DNA from: Klebsiella pneumoniae | GTDB taxonomy: Bacteria > Pseudomonadota > Gammaproteobacteria > Eutrophobiales > Eutrophobiaceae | Direction: 5' to 3' | NCBI GenBank assembly: GCA_945878555.1 | Contig: CAMDWI010000014.1 | Coordinates: 19,387 to 83,386 of the forward strand | DNA: 64,000 nt | Shown here: positions 40,386-49,867 of the stretch, piece by piece | Numbering within the stretch: the first letter of the stretch is position 1 | How the letters are laid out: each line of letters begins with the position of its first letter | Notes under the pieces: generated by a model | The model's input: the letters and a program-made list of their open reading frames with translations, nothing else | Told to the model about the DNA's origin: nothing | Databases searched by the model: none | Made by a program: the position numbers and the translations under genes

Positions 40386-42968
40386 TTAAGTCTGCTCTTC
40401 CTGTGTAGTTGGTAGTTCTTCATCGAGCTCTTTTTCCTCAAGTATGCGTTCAATACTTGCCAGATGCTCGTTCTCATCCAGATTGACCAGCCTGACACCC
40501 TTGGTGTTGCGGCCCATGACCGAAACCTGGCCAACCGGAGTACGGATCAATGTGCCTTGATCGCTGATCAACATGATTTCATCTTCTTCATTGACCAGTA
40601 CCGCACCGACGACCTTGCCGTTGCGTTCATTGGTCTGGATCGAAATCACACCCTTGCCACCGCGTGCCTGGGTGACCGGGTAATCTTCTATCAGTGTGCG
40701 TTTGCCGTACCCTTTTTCAGTTGACGTAAGCACTGTCATTCCAGGTTCGACGATAATCAGGGAGATCAGTTTCTGATCGTTATCCAGACGGATACCGCGT
40801 ACGCCCTTGGCGGTACGACCCATCACCCTGACATTTGATTCGGTGTATCTTACGACCTTGCCTGCATCACTGAACAACATCACGTCTTTTTCGCCGTCGG
40901 TCAGCTTGACGTCGACCAGATGGTTACCTTCGTCCAGGCCAATGGCAATAATGCCACTCTGGCGCTGTCTTGAAAACTCCACCAGTTCGGTCTTCTTCAC
41001 CGTGCCATCAGCCGTGGCCATAAATACGTATTTACCTTCGGTAAAGTCACGAATTGGCAATACCGCATTGATGCGTTCCCCTTCCTGCAACGGCAGCAGG
41101 TTGACGATCGGCTTGCCGCGTGAGGCACGGCTGGCCTGCGGCAGTTCATAGACCTTCATCCAGTACAGACGACCACGGCTTGAGAAACACAGCAAGGTGT
41201 CGTGGGTATTGGCGATGAACAGTTTTTCGATAAAGTCTTCTTCACGGACATCCGCTGCTGACTTGCCCTTGCCACCGCGTCGCTGTGAACGGTAGGTGTC
41301 CAGTTGTTGCGACTTAGCGTAGCCGGCATGCGACAGGGTGACCACCACATCCTCCTCGGTGATCAGGTCTTCCATACTCAGGTTCTGGTGATCGTCGATG
41401 ATTTCGGAACGACGCTCATCACCATACGCCTCTTTCAGCCCTTTCAACTCGTTACGGATTTCATCCATCAGCCGTTCAGGTCGTGACAGGATATCCAGCA
41501 GGTCAGTAATCGCGCCGAGTAATTCCTCATACTCACTGATAATCTTGTCCTGCTCAAGGCCAGTCAGTTTTTGCAGGCGCAGATCCAGGATCGCCTGTGC
41601 CTGGATTTCAGACAGGCGGTAACCGCCCTGTTGCAGTCCGAACTCAACGGCCAGCGCATCCGGTCGTGACACGTCCGCACCGGCACGATTGAGCATATCA
41701 ACAACGACACCGGGTGCCCATAACGGTTTTAACAGGCTCTGTTTGGCCTCGGCGGGTGTCTGGGACTGCTTGATCAGCGCAATGATTGGATCGATATTGG
41801 CCAGCGCGATGGCCAGGCCCTCCAGCACATGGGCACGGTTACGTGCCTTGCGTAAATCAAACAGCGTACGCAACGTTACGATTTCACGACGGTGTTTGAT
41901 AAAGGCCTGCAGGATGTCCTTCAGCGTCATCAACTTCGGCTGACCATCATCCAGCGCGACCATGTTGATGCCGAACACATTCTGCATCTGGGTCTGCTGG
42001 TACAGGTTATTCATGATCACTTCAGGCACTTCGTTCTTGCGCAGTTCAATTACCATACGCATGCCGTCCTTGTCGGACTCGTCACGCAGCTCACGTATGC
42101 CGGTCAGTTTCTTGTCCTTGACCAGCTCGGCAATCTTTTCCAGCAACCTGGCCTTGTTGACCTGGTAGGGCAACTCGGTAACGATAATCGAATGGCCGCC
42201 GGTGCTTTCATCGGTTTCAATGTGACTGCGCGCCCGCATATAGATGCGACCACGTCCGGTGGTATAGGCCTCATAGATACCTTGCGAGCCGTTGATTATC
42301 GCCGCCGTCGGAAAGTCCGGGCCGGGGATGTACTGCATCAACTGGCCGATATTCAGATCGGGATTGTCTATCAGTGCAATACAGGCACCGACGACTTCAG
42401 TAAGATTGTGCGGCGGGATGTTCGTGGCCATGCCAACAGCAATACCGCTGGAACCATTGATCAGCAGGTTCGGCAGACGGGTCGGCAGTACCGTCGGCTC
42501 CTGCTCGGATCCATCGTAGTTGTCTACAAACCGGATCGTTTCCTTGTCTATGTCCTGCAGCAGTTCATGCGCGATACGCGACATGCGTACTTCGGTATAC
42601 CGCATCGCCGCGGGAGAGTCACCGTCGACGGAACCAAAGTTGCCCTGACCGTCTACCAGTACATAACGCAGTGAAAACGTCTGCGCCATACGCACCATGG
42701 TGTCGTAGACCGCAGAGTCACCGTGCGGGTGGTATTTACCAATAACATCACCGACGACGCGGGCGGATTTCTTGTAGGGCTTGTTGTAATCGTTGCCCAT
42801 CACATGCATCGCGAACAATACGCGTCGATGTACCGGTTTCAGGCCGTCTCGTACATCGGGCAAGGCACGGCCGACAATAACGCTCATCGCGTAGTCCATG
42901 TAGGACTGACGCATCTCGTCTTCTATGTTGACGGGGGTAATTGAATGGGCGAATTCTGATTCAGACAT
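40386..42968 (-). CDS. gyrA: DNA gyrase subunit A
   Basis: 860 aa. DGLKPVHRR, the [21 protein letters not shown], the active-site AAMRYTE, and C-terminal beta-pinwheel repeats. Confidence 0.98.
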   Translation of the reverse strand: MSESEFAHSITPVNIEDEMRQSYMDYAMSVIVGRALPDVRDGLKPVHRRVLFAMHVMGNDYNKPYKKSARVVGDVIGKYHPHGDSAVYDTMVRMAQTFSLRYVLVDGQGNFGSVDGDSPAAMRYTEVRMSRIAHELLQDIDKETIRFVDNYDGSEQEPTVLPTRLPNLLINGSSGIAVGMATNIPPHNLTEVVGACIALIDNPDLNIGQLMQYIPGPDFPTAAIINGSQGIYEAYTTGRGRIYMRARSHIETDESTGGHSIIVTELPYQVNKARLLEKIAELVKDKKLTGIRELRDESDKDGMRMVIELRKNEVPEVIMNNLYQQTQMQNVFGINMVALDDGQPKLMTLKDILQAFIKHRREIVTLRTLFDLRKARNRAHVLEGLAIALANIDPIIALIKQSQTPAEAKQSLLKPLWAPGVVVDMLNRAGADVSRPDALAVEFGLQQGGYRLSEIQAQAILDLRLQKLTGLEQDKIISEYEELLGAITDLLDILSRPERLMDEIRNELKGLKEAYGDERRSEIIDDHQNLSMEDLITEEDVVVTLSHAGYAKSQQLDTYRSQRRGGKGKSAADVREEDFIEKLFIANTHDTLLCFSSRGRLYWMKVYELPQASRASRGKPIVNLLPLQEGERINAVLPIRDFTEGKYVFMATADGTVKKTELVEFSRQRQSGIIAIGLDEGNHLVDVKLTDGEKDVMLFSDAGKVVRYTESNVRVMGRTAKGVRGIRLDNDQKLISLIIVEPGMTVLTSTEKGYGKRTLIEDYPVTQARGGKGVISIQTNERNGKVVGAVLVNEEDEIMLISDQGTLIRTPVGQVSVMGRNTKGVRLVNLDENEHLASIERILEEKELDEELPTTQEEQT

Positions 42969-43139
42969 GCATTAATTCGGTCGTTAAAAAACCTGGGTTC
43001 CCTTGTGCTGGTGAAGTAGCTGAATGATACCGATTACAAGGGCAGAATCCTACCATATCCGACAGGATGACAACACTATTGATTTACGGTTTCAGACTGA
43101 TTTACCCCAACAAAAAGGGGTTGACTTTTGGTGATTTTT

Positions 43140-44195
43140 TCAGCGTAACAGCCGACTGATTTTTTCACTGTCCGGCGCTTCAATCACACCACGTTCTGTG
43201 ACCAGCACGCTGATCAGTTCTGCCGGTGTCACATCAAAAACCGGGTTGTATGCCTCTACCCCTTCGGGTGCGATCCGGGTCCCGGAGAATTCGAGCAATT
43301 CGCCCGGTCGGCGTTGTTCGATTTCGATATGGTCTCCGCTCGCTGTTGCCGGATCAATCGTGGACACCGGTGCGACGACCATGAATCCGATCCCGTGATA
43401 TCGGGCATTGACGGCATGCGAATAGGTTCCGATCTTGTTTGCGACATCACCGTTGGCGGCGATACGATCTGCCCCGACGATGACCCAGCGGATCTTGCCG
43501 GTATGCATCAACCAGGCACAGGCACTGTCTGCCACCAGCGTCACCGGGATATTGTCCTGCTGCAACTCCCAGGCGGTCAGACGGCTGCCCTGTAACCAGG
43601 GCCGCGTCTCGGCGGCATACACCCGCTCGATATCTGCATTCGCCCAGGCCGTACGTATCACACCGAGCGCTGTACCAAACCCGCCGGTGGCAAGTGAGCC
43701 CGTATTACAATGGGTCAATACCGCGCCACTGTTGCGCAGAAAAACGGCACCTGCCCTGCCCATAGACCGGTTCGCCTCAATGTCCTCGGCGTAGATGGCA
43801 TCTGCCTCGGCCTGCAGGGCGTCCACAGGATTCGTCCGGCAGTGGTCTATCACCCGTTGCATCCGATCCAGTGCCCAGCGCAGGTTGACCGCTGTCGGCC
43901 GCGAATCCATCAGTACCGGTATTTTTTCAGTCAATACCTGACGCCAGTCACCCGGATAGTCACGCACAGCCGATATTGCAGCAAGCACGACCCCGTAGGC
44001 CGCGGCAATTCCGATGGCAGGCGCCCCACGCACCACCATGTCAGTGATTGCGCTGGCCACACCTTCGGCACTGTCCAGCGTCAGATATTCAAAGCTGGCA
44101 GGCAGTTTGCGCTGATCAAGCAGGCGCAGCCGGCTTTGTTCCCACTGGATGGCGCGAACGCTGTCAGCCGTTCGGGTGGTGTCCGCTGGATTCAT
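43140..44195 (-). CDS. mtnA: S-methyl-5-thioribose-1-phosphate isomerase
   Basis: 351 aa. eIF-2B alpha/beta/delta-like family: [27 protein letters not shown] and [16 protein letters not shown]. Confidence 0.9.
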   Translation of the reverse strand: MNPADTTRTADSVRAIQWEQSRLRLLDQRKLPASFEYLTLDSAEGVASAITDMVVRGAPAIGIAAAYGVVLAAISAVRDYPGDWRQVLTEKIPVLMDSRPTAVNLRWALDRMQRVIDHCRTNPVDALQAEADAIYAEDIEANRSMGRAGAVFLRNSGAVLTHCNTGSLATGGFGTALGVIRTAWANADIERVYAAETRPWLQGSRLTAWELQQDNIPVTLVADSACAWLMHTGKIRWVIVGADRIAANGDVANKIGTYSHAVNARYHGIGFMVVAPVSTIDPATASGDHIEIEQRRPGELLEFSGTRIAPEGVEAYNPVFDVTPAELISVLVTERGVIEAPDSEKISRLLR

Positions 44196-44289
44196 AAAAA
44201 ATGGTTGTCCTCATGTGATTCGGTTATGCTTTTGGCAGAGACAGCAACGCCGACTGTCGTTTACCGCTCGAAATATAAAGGGGAAGTTC

Positions 44290-45606
44290 GTGAATGTCGA
44301 TTCATTGATTTTTGCTAAATGGATAATCCCGGTCGAACCGGACAACCGTATTCATGTAAACCATGCCCTTGTTATTCATGAAGGCCGGATCCTTGATCTG
44401 CTCCCGGCGGAACAGGCCAGGTTGCGCTATACCGCAACCGAAACGCACGATCTGGCGGGACATGCGCTGATACCCGGCCTGATTAATACGCATACCCATG
44501 CCGCCATGTCGCTGTTCAGGGGACTGGCCGATGATCTCTCGCTGATGGACTGGTTGAGCAAACATATCTGGCCGGCCGAGGCCCGCTGGATCAATCCGAA
44601 CTTTGTCGAGGACGGTACAAGGCTGGCAATGGCGGAGATGATACGCGGCGGTACGACCTGTTTTAACGATATGTACTTTTTCCCGGACCGCACCGCAGAG
44701 GTCGCGGTCGAGGCCGGCATGCGTGTCAGTATTGGTTTGATCGTCATCGATTTCCCGACGGCCTGGGCACGTGACAGCGCAGAGTATTTTGACAAGGGCC
44801 GCAAGGTCCACGATCAGTTCAGGCACCACCCACTGGTCCGCACAGCCTACGCCCCCCACGCACCTTACACGGTGTCTGACGCCCCGCTGCAAAAGATCGT
44901 CACACTCGCAGAAGAGCTTGATATCCCGGTACATATGCACATCCATGAAAACGCCGATGAAGTATCACAGGCGATTGCCAACGGCGGGATGACACCACTG
45001 CAACGTCTGCACCGGCTCGGTCTGCTGAGTCAACGCCTGATGGCCGTCCACATGACCCAGCTCGATGCCGGGGCGATAGAACTGGTCGCACGTTACAATG
45101 TCAGTGTGATTCATTGTCCGGAGTCAAACCTGAAACTGGCCAGCGGCATGTGTCCAGTACATGCGTTACAACAGGCCGGTGTCAATGTGGCACTCGGCAC
45201 CGACGGTGCCGCCAGCAATAATGATCTGGATATGCTCGGTGAGATGCGCACCGCCGCACTGCTTGGCAAGGGCGTGGCCGCAGACAGTCGTGCCGTCCCC
45301 GCCATGACCGCGCTGAAAATGGCAACGATCAATGCCGCCAGAGCGCTGGACATGGATCACAGCATCGGATCGTTAACACCGGGCAAGGCCGCCGATATCA
45401 CAGCGATCGATCTCGACCGCGTGGAAACCAGTCCGCTATACGACCCGATCTCCCAGATAGTTTATGCAACTTCGCGTGACCAGGTCACGAATGTATGGGT
45501 GGCAGGCAAACAGCTGATGAAAAATCGCCAACTGTTGACGCTTGATGTCGAGCAGATCTGCCGAAATGCGAACGAATGGATGACCCGGATAGCCGGCGCG
45601 AACTGA
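44290..45606 (+). CDS. mtaD: 5-methylthioadenosine/S-adenosylhomocysteine deaminase (amidohydrolase, TRZ/ATZ family)
   Basis: Homology begins at VNVDSLIFAKWIIPVEP. Metal ligands are INTHTHAAMS and VHMHIHE, then HCPESNLKLASG and LGTDGAASNN. I place the start at GTG 44290 (438 aa). The track ORF start (44149) would overlap divergent mtnA. Confidence 0.85.
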   Translation: MNVDSLIFAKWIIPVEPDNRIHVNHALVIHEGRILDLLPAEQARLRYTATETHDLAGHALIPGLINTHTHAAMSLFRGLADDLSLMDWLSKHIWPAEARWINPNFVEDGTRLAMAEMIRGGTTCFNDMYFFPDRTAEVAVEAGMRVSIGLIVIDFPTAWARDSAEYFDKGRKVHDQFRHHPLVRTAYAPHAPYTVSDAPLQKIVTLAEELDIPVHMHIHENADEVSQAIANGGMTPLQRLHRLGLLSQRLMAVHMTQLDAGAIELVARYNVSVIHCPESNLKLASGMCPVHALQQAGVNVALGTDGAASNNDLDMLGEMRTAALLGKGVAADSRAVPAMTALKMATINAARALDMDHSIGSLTPGKAADITAIDLDRVETSPLYDPISQIVYATSRDQVTNVWVAGKQLMKNRQLLTLDVEQICRNANEWMTRIAGAN

Positions 45607-45635
45607 TACACAAGCTGCAAGCTTTGCTTACCTCA

Positions 45636-45680
45636 CTGTCATCAAATTGTCGTAAAAACGTAAACAAACATGTTTATAGT
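45636..45680 (+). promoter_or_regulatory. Candidate Pho-box promoter of the phytase gene
   Basis: CTGTCAT-CAAA-TTGTCGT (45636-45653) matches the PhoB box CTGTCAT-AWAW-CTGTCAY in its 7+4+7 layout. A weak third in-phase repeat ACGTAAA (45658-45664) is followed after 10 nt by TATAGT (45675-45680). Confidence 0.45.
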
Positions 45681-45851
45681 CTCGCCAATATTCCGGTGCG
45701 GACTTAACCGGCATCAACTTCGCTGTTATATATAACAGCGGTAGATTCCATAACAACACAGACAGGTCCGGACTCCCTGAACTGCTGATTGTTCAATAAA
45801 TTTCCGGTGACTGCATGCCATGAACCTGTCTGTTTAAGCTGAGAGATTAGT

Positions 45852-47897
45852 ATGTTGTCCAGCCTGAAATCCCGTGCTGCCATCCTGCTCCTGTTCATGT
45901 TCGCCAACGCTGCCGTGCTGACCGGGACTGCTGTCGCGGCCCCACCCGAACCGGTATTTCAAAACAACGTGTTCCATTTTTCGAAGGGCGAACCCAAAAG
46001 TGTAGTCATCGCGGCAGGCACACAACCGTTTATCGTCGCTGCGCTGGCATTTGAAGGCGTTATCGTGCTGGGGGCGGACGGTAAGGTCGTTGATCATTTA
46101 TATCTGGATAACCCTCTGTCAGAGGCCACCGCGGTCAGCGTATCCCCCATCATGCCCGTCAACAGCCGGTCGCTGATCCTGTTGGCCATCGCCGACGAAG
46201 GCACATCATCGGTGCTGTTACGGGGCATGGATCCGCAGACAGGTCATTTCACAAATGATATACGGCACTCGACAGTCACGGACACGATACCCACTCACCT
46301 TTGTATCGCGCAGGATATTCATGATCGGAGTCTGTATCTTTATACCGGTGGTGAGCATGGCATGCTCGCCCAATATCGGATAGTCATGCCGACGGCGGGT
46401 GAGATCAGTCTGGCATGGATACGTAACATTGCAATAGGTGGCGAGACCAGCAGCTGTATTGCCGACAATCGCAGCGGTATCGTCTATGTTGTGGAACCTG
46501 AAGTCGGCTTATGGACTGTGCAAGTAGACCCGGAAACAGATGCCATACGCAGGATGGCTGCAGTGAACACGCCATTCGGTCCGTTACAGGAACCGGTCGC
46601 AGTGGCACTCATCAGTCACAAACAACAGATATCCCCGTTAGTAGTTGATCAGGGTATCGAGGCATTGGTACGCCTGTCCAGCGAAGGAAAACCCTCGGCC
46701 AGACTCCGCCTGGCTAGCATGTCTGGCAAGGGTGGCATCAATGGTGACATTGAGGGAATGGCAACAGGTCGATTCCCGATCTCGGGAAAAATACAGGACA
46801 TACTGGCTGTTGCCGTCCAAGGTGAATCCGGCGGTGGCAGCCTGCATCTGCTGCCCACCGGGACGCTGGGTACCTGGCCTGACATTAAGGATGCAGATAC
46901 CAACGGACATACCGTGGTTGTCACTCCGGTTGTGGAAACGGATGTTGCACCGTCAACCGGTGATGCCGCAGATGACCCTGCCATCTGGATCCATCCGCAG
47001 GACCCGGCAGACAGTCTGGTTCTGGGCACCGACAAGAATGGCGGGCTGATGGTAATGGATCTGGCAGGCAAGCTGATCCAGTTTCTGCCGGATGGACGCC
47101 TTAATAATGTCGATGTTCGTTCCGGTTTCAGTGATATACCCGGGCTGAACCATATCGCCGCTGCAACAAACCGTACGGATTCAGCCATTAATCTTTACGC
47201 CATCAACCCGGTGACCAGACAGGTCAGTCGTGTTGATGCACGCAGCATTCCGGCGGAATTTTATGACCCCTATGGCCTGTGCCTGTACCATAGTCGGCGT
47301 TCCGGAGAATTTTATGTAATCGCCACCAGTGGCGATGGCAAGTTACACCAGTGGCGCCTGTTTTCAACAGTTGACGGCAAGATAGATGCCGAGCTGGTAC
47401 GTCGATTAAACATCGGCACGGTAGCCGAGGGATGTGTCGCCGATGATGAAACCGGTCTGCTCTATGTAGGCGAGGAAGATGTCGGTATCTGGCGTTACCC
47501 TGCAGAACCGGCGGCAGGTAACGATCGCGTCCTGGTAGATGGAATTCATCCTGATGGCCAGCTTATCGATGATGTTGAGGGGCTGGCTATCTATAGAATG
47601 ACAGGGGATCGAGGATATATAGTCGCCTCGTCGCAAGGCTCGGATAGCTATGTTGTATATGACCGCAATCCTCCCCACGCGCATCGGGGTACATTCCGGA
47701 TTCGTGCAAATGTCAGCACAGGTATAGACGGAGTATCGGAAACAGACGGTCTCGATGTGAGCAGTACGGCGCTGCCTGGTTACGCACAAGGCATACTGAT
47801 TGTTCAGGACGGGCGCAACATTGAACCTGCCGAAAACCAGAATTTCAAGTTTATCTCGTGGCAGGCGATTTCTTCCGCATTAGGACTTGAACAATAA
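45852..47897 (+). CDS. Secreted two-domain beta-propeller phytase (3-phytase, BPP family)
   Basis: 681 aa with a signal peptide (AAILLLFMFANAAVLTGTAVA). The C-terminal half is a typical BPP domain (DAADDPAIWIHP...GTDKNGGL.V.DL.G......G..NNVD.R, EGCVADDETGLLYVGEEDVGIW, DVEGLAIY, SSQG.S.Y.VY). The N-terminal half carries a degenerate copy of the same pattern (ETSSCIADNRSGIVYVVEPEVGLW). Confidence 0.85.
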   Translation: MLSSLKSRAAILLLFMFANAAVLTGTAVAAPPEPVFQNNVFHFSKGEPKSVVIAAGTQPFIVAALAFEGVIVLGADGKVVDHLYLDNPLSEATAVSVSPIMPVNSRSLILLAIADEGTSSVLLRGMDPQTGHFTNDIRHSTVTDTIPTHLCIAQDIHDRSLYLYTGGEHGMLAQYRIVMPTAGEISLAWIRNIAIGGETSSCIADNRSGIVYVVEPEVGLWTVQVDPETDAIRRMAAVNTPFGPLQEPVAVALISHKQQISPLVVDQGIEALVRLSSEGKPSARLRLASMSGKGGINGDIEGMATGRFPISGKIQDILAVAVQGESGGGSLHLLPTGTLGTWPDIKDADTNGHTVVVTPVVETDVAPSTGDAADDPAIWIHPQDPADSLVLGTDKNGGLMVMDLAGKLIQFLPDGRLNNVDVRSGFSDIPGLNHIAAATNRTDSAINLYAINPVTRQVSRVDARSIPAEFYDPYGLCLYHSRRSGEFYVIATSGDGKLHQWRLFSTVDGKIDAELVRRLNIGTVAEGCVADDETGLLYVGEEDVGIWRYPAEPAAGNDRVLVDGIHPDGQLIDDVEGLAIYRMTGDRGYIVASSQGSDSYVVYDRNPPHAHRGTFRIRANVSTGIDGVSETDGLDVSSTALPGYAQGILIVQDGRNIEPAENQNFKFISWQAISSALGLEQ

Positions 47898-47899
47898 TG

Positions 47900-47933
47900 A
47901 TGAAATCCGGTTGTCATAAAAATCCCCTATAGT
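47900..47933 (+). promoter_or_regulatory. Candidate Pho-box promoter of the PhoX-like gene
   Basis: ATGAAAT-CCGG-TTGTCAT (47900-47917), then exactly 10 nt, then TATAGT (47928-47933). GGAG lies at 47951 and the ATG at 47962. The -10 hexamer is the same as in the phytase promoter. Confidence 0.4.
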
Positions 47934-47961
47934 GTATGTAACTGCTTTCAGGAGTTGGAAT

Positions 47962-49236
47962 ATGAAGACTAAATCTCATGCCAGTCGTATCGAAATATCA
48001 CGTCGGCACCTGTTACGCCAGGGCCTGATTGCCACTGGCATGGTCGCCCTCGGTCATGGTCTGTTCAATAACCCGCTGCAGACAGCGATTGCACAAACAA
48101 TCGCACCCGGTCGGCGATCAAATATCCCGAACCTGGCCAATACCCTGCACGAGGTCGCTGTCGAGAATGACCCGGCCACACGCATGGTGATACCTCGGGG
48201 ATTCAGCGTACGGGAGATCGCACGTACCGGTCGACCACCGGTCGCCACCTCGTCCTATTTGTGGCATCGGCAACCGGATGGGGGTGCAGTACTCCCCTTG
48301 CAGGAAGGTGGCTGGGTCTATGTTTCCAACTGTGAAATCGACCGACCAGGTGAAGGCAGTGTTGGTGCACTCCGTTTCAACTCATCCGGCGACCTCGTAG
48401 ACAGCTATACCATTTGCACCGGGACGCGTAACAACTGCGCGGGTGGACCGACCCCCTGGGGCACATGGTTAAGTTGCGAGGAAATTCCACTGGGCCTGGT
48501 ATATGAATGCGACCCGACCGGTAAACGTGCCGCCATCGCCCAACCGGCGCTGGGGACCTTTACCCATGAAGCCGCTGCGGTTGACCCGGTTAACCGGCAC
48601 ATCTATCTGACGGAAGACACTCCTGACAGTAATCTGTACCGGTTTATCGTGGAGAATTATCCTGATAAATACAATGCTGAGCAGCTTGCGGGTCGGCTGG
48701 AGGTGGCCGTTGTCGACGGCGAGGACCCCTTGCAAACGCGGGGGATCCGCTGGGTTCCAATATCAGATCCGAACCCCGTAAAAGAGGCAGTACCCACTCG
48801 TAAACAGGTCAGTGAGGCAGCAAGGTTTAATGGTGGAGAAGGATGCTGGTACCATCAGGGCATGATCTATTTCAGTACGAAGGGTGACAACCGAGTGTGG
48901 GCAGTGGATACCCGTGCAAATACGCTCAGCATGGTCTATGACCAGCAGCGTGATGGTATATTTAATCCGGCCATGAATGATGTTGACAATGTAACTGTCT
49001 CCGCCGACGGAGATATCCTGGTCGCCGAAGACGGTTCGGATATGCGCCTGATCGTGGTCGGGAGCGGCCTCACCCCGTTTGAACTGGTCAATTTGATCGG
49101 CCATGAAGGATCGGAAATAACCGGGCCGGCCTTCAGTCCGGACGGTAGCCGACTCTATTTCAGCTCACAAAGCGGTATCGCCGGAGATGAAACTGACGGC
49201 CGGACCTATGAGATGCGGGGGCCGTTCTTCATCTGA
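47962..49236 (+). CDS. Tat-exported PhoX-like / DUF839-family protein (putative phosphatase)
   Basis: 424 aa from ATG 47962, with GGAG 7 nt upstream. Twin-arginine signal ISRRHLLRQGLIATGM. CAGGPTPWGTWLSCEE and later beta-propeller-like repeats (GPAFSPDGSRLYFS) are typical of PhoX/DUF839. It is shorter than classical PhoX. Confidence 0.65.
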   Translation: MKTKSHASRIEISRRHLLRQGLIATGMVALGHGLFNNPLQTAIAQTIAPGRRSNIPNLANTLHEVAVENDPATRMVIPRGFSVREIARTGRPPVATSSYLWHRQPDGGAVLPLQEGGWVYVSNCEIDRPGEGSVGALRFNSSGDLVDSYTICTGTRNNCAGGPTPWGTWLSCEEIPLGLVYECDPTGKRAAIAQPALGTFTHEAAAVDPVNRHIYLTEDTPDSNLYRFIVENYPDKYNAEQLAGRLEVAVVDGEDPLQTRGIRWVPISDPNPVKEAVPTRKQVSEAARFNGGEGCWYHQGMIYFSTKGDNRVWAVDTRANTLSMVYDQQRDGIFNPAMNDVDNVTVSADGDILVAEDGSDMRLIVVGSGLTPFELVNLIGHEGSEITGPAFSPDGSRLYFSSQSGIAGDETDGRTYEMRGPFFI

Positions 49237-49241
49237 TCCCG

Positions 49242-49847
49242 TTACCGACTGCCGGAAGGTTTATAGGTAATCACACGATACAGGTAGATCAGCAGTATCG
49301 CGCCAAGGATGACCTTGGACGCCGGGCCCACATACACCTCAACCTTGCTGTAGTTGACGCCGAGCACATAACCAGCAATTGCCAGCAAGGTTGACCAGAC
49401 CGCAGAGCCTATCGTGGAATACAGCAGAAACTGGCCCATGTGCATGTTATTTATACCGGCCGGGATGGAGATCAGCGAACGCACACCCGGTACCAGACGG
49501 CATAGCAACACTGTCCACATGCCATACTTCTCGAACCAGCGATGACTTTCATCAATATCAGCTGAACTGACCGTAAACAAACGTCCATAACGATCTGCCC
49601 ACAGTTTCAGCCTGTCGAGGCCCAGAAACTTGCCTGCGTAATAGAACGGTAATGCCCCCAGTATAGTCCCGAATGTTCCGGCCGCAATCACACCGGCCAG
49701 ATTCATCTCACCCTGACTGACCAGAAAACCGGCCATCGGCATGATCAGCTCGGAAGGAATCGGGGGAAAGACATTCTCCAGAAACATCAATACCACGATG
49801 CCGGTATAACCGGCCGCGTTGATCCATTCGGCAATCCATTCAAACAT
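49242..49847 (-). CDS. DedA-family inner-membrane protein
   Basis: 201 aa. FLENVFPPIPSELIMPMAGF and the GxxxRxxPxVRxxxSxPAG-type motif (RLVPGVRSLISIPAGI). Confidence 0.85.
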   Translation of the reverse strand: MFEWIAEWINAAGYTGIVVLMFLENVFPPIPSELIMPMAGFLVSQGEMNLAGVIAAGTFGTILGALPFYYAGKFLGLDRLKLWADRYGRLFTVSSADIDESHRWFEKYGMWTVLLCRLVPGVRSLISIPAGINNMHMGQFLLYSTIGSAVWSTLLAIAGYVLGVNYSKVEVYVGPASKVILGAILLIYLYRVITYKPSGSR

Positions 49848-49867
49848 GTTTCTTACCCAGTATAGTG

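Noticed and set aside
44149-44289. 47-codon 5' extension of the mtaD ORF overlapping the start of divergent mtnA
   Set aside because: The extension is antisense to the mtnA N-terminal coding sequence. The amidohydrolase fold begins at VNVDSLIFAKW (GTG 44290).
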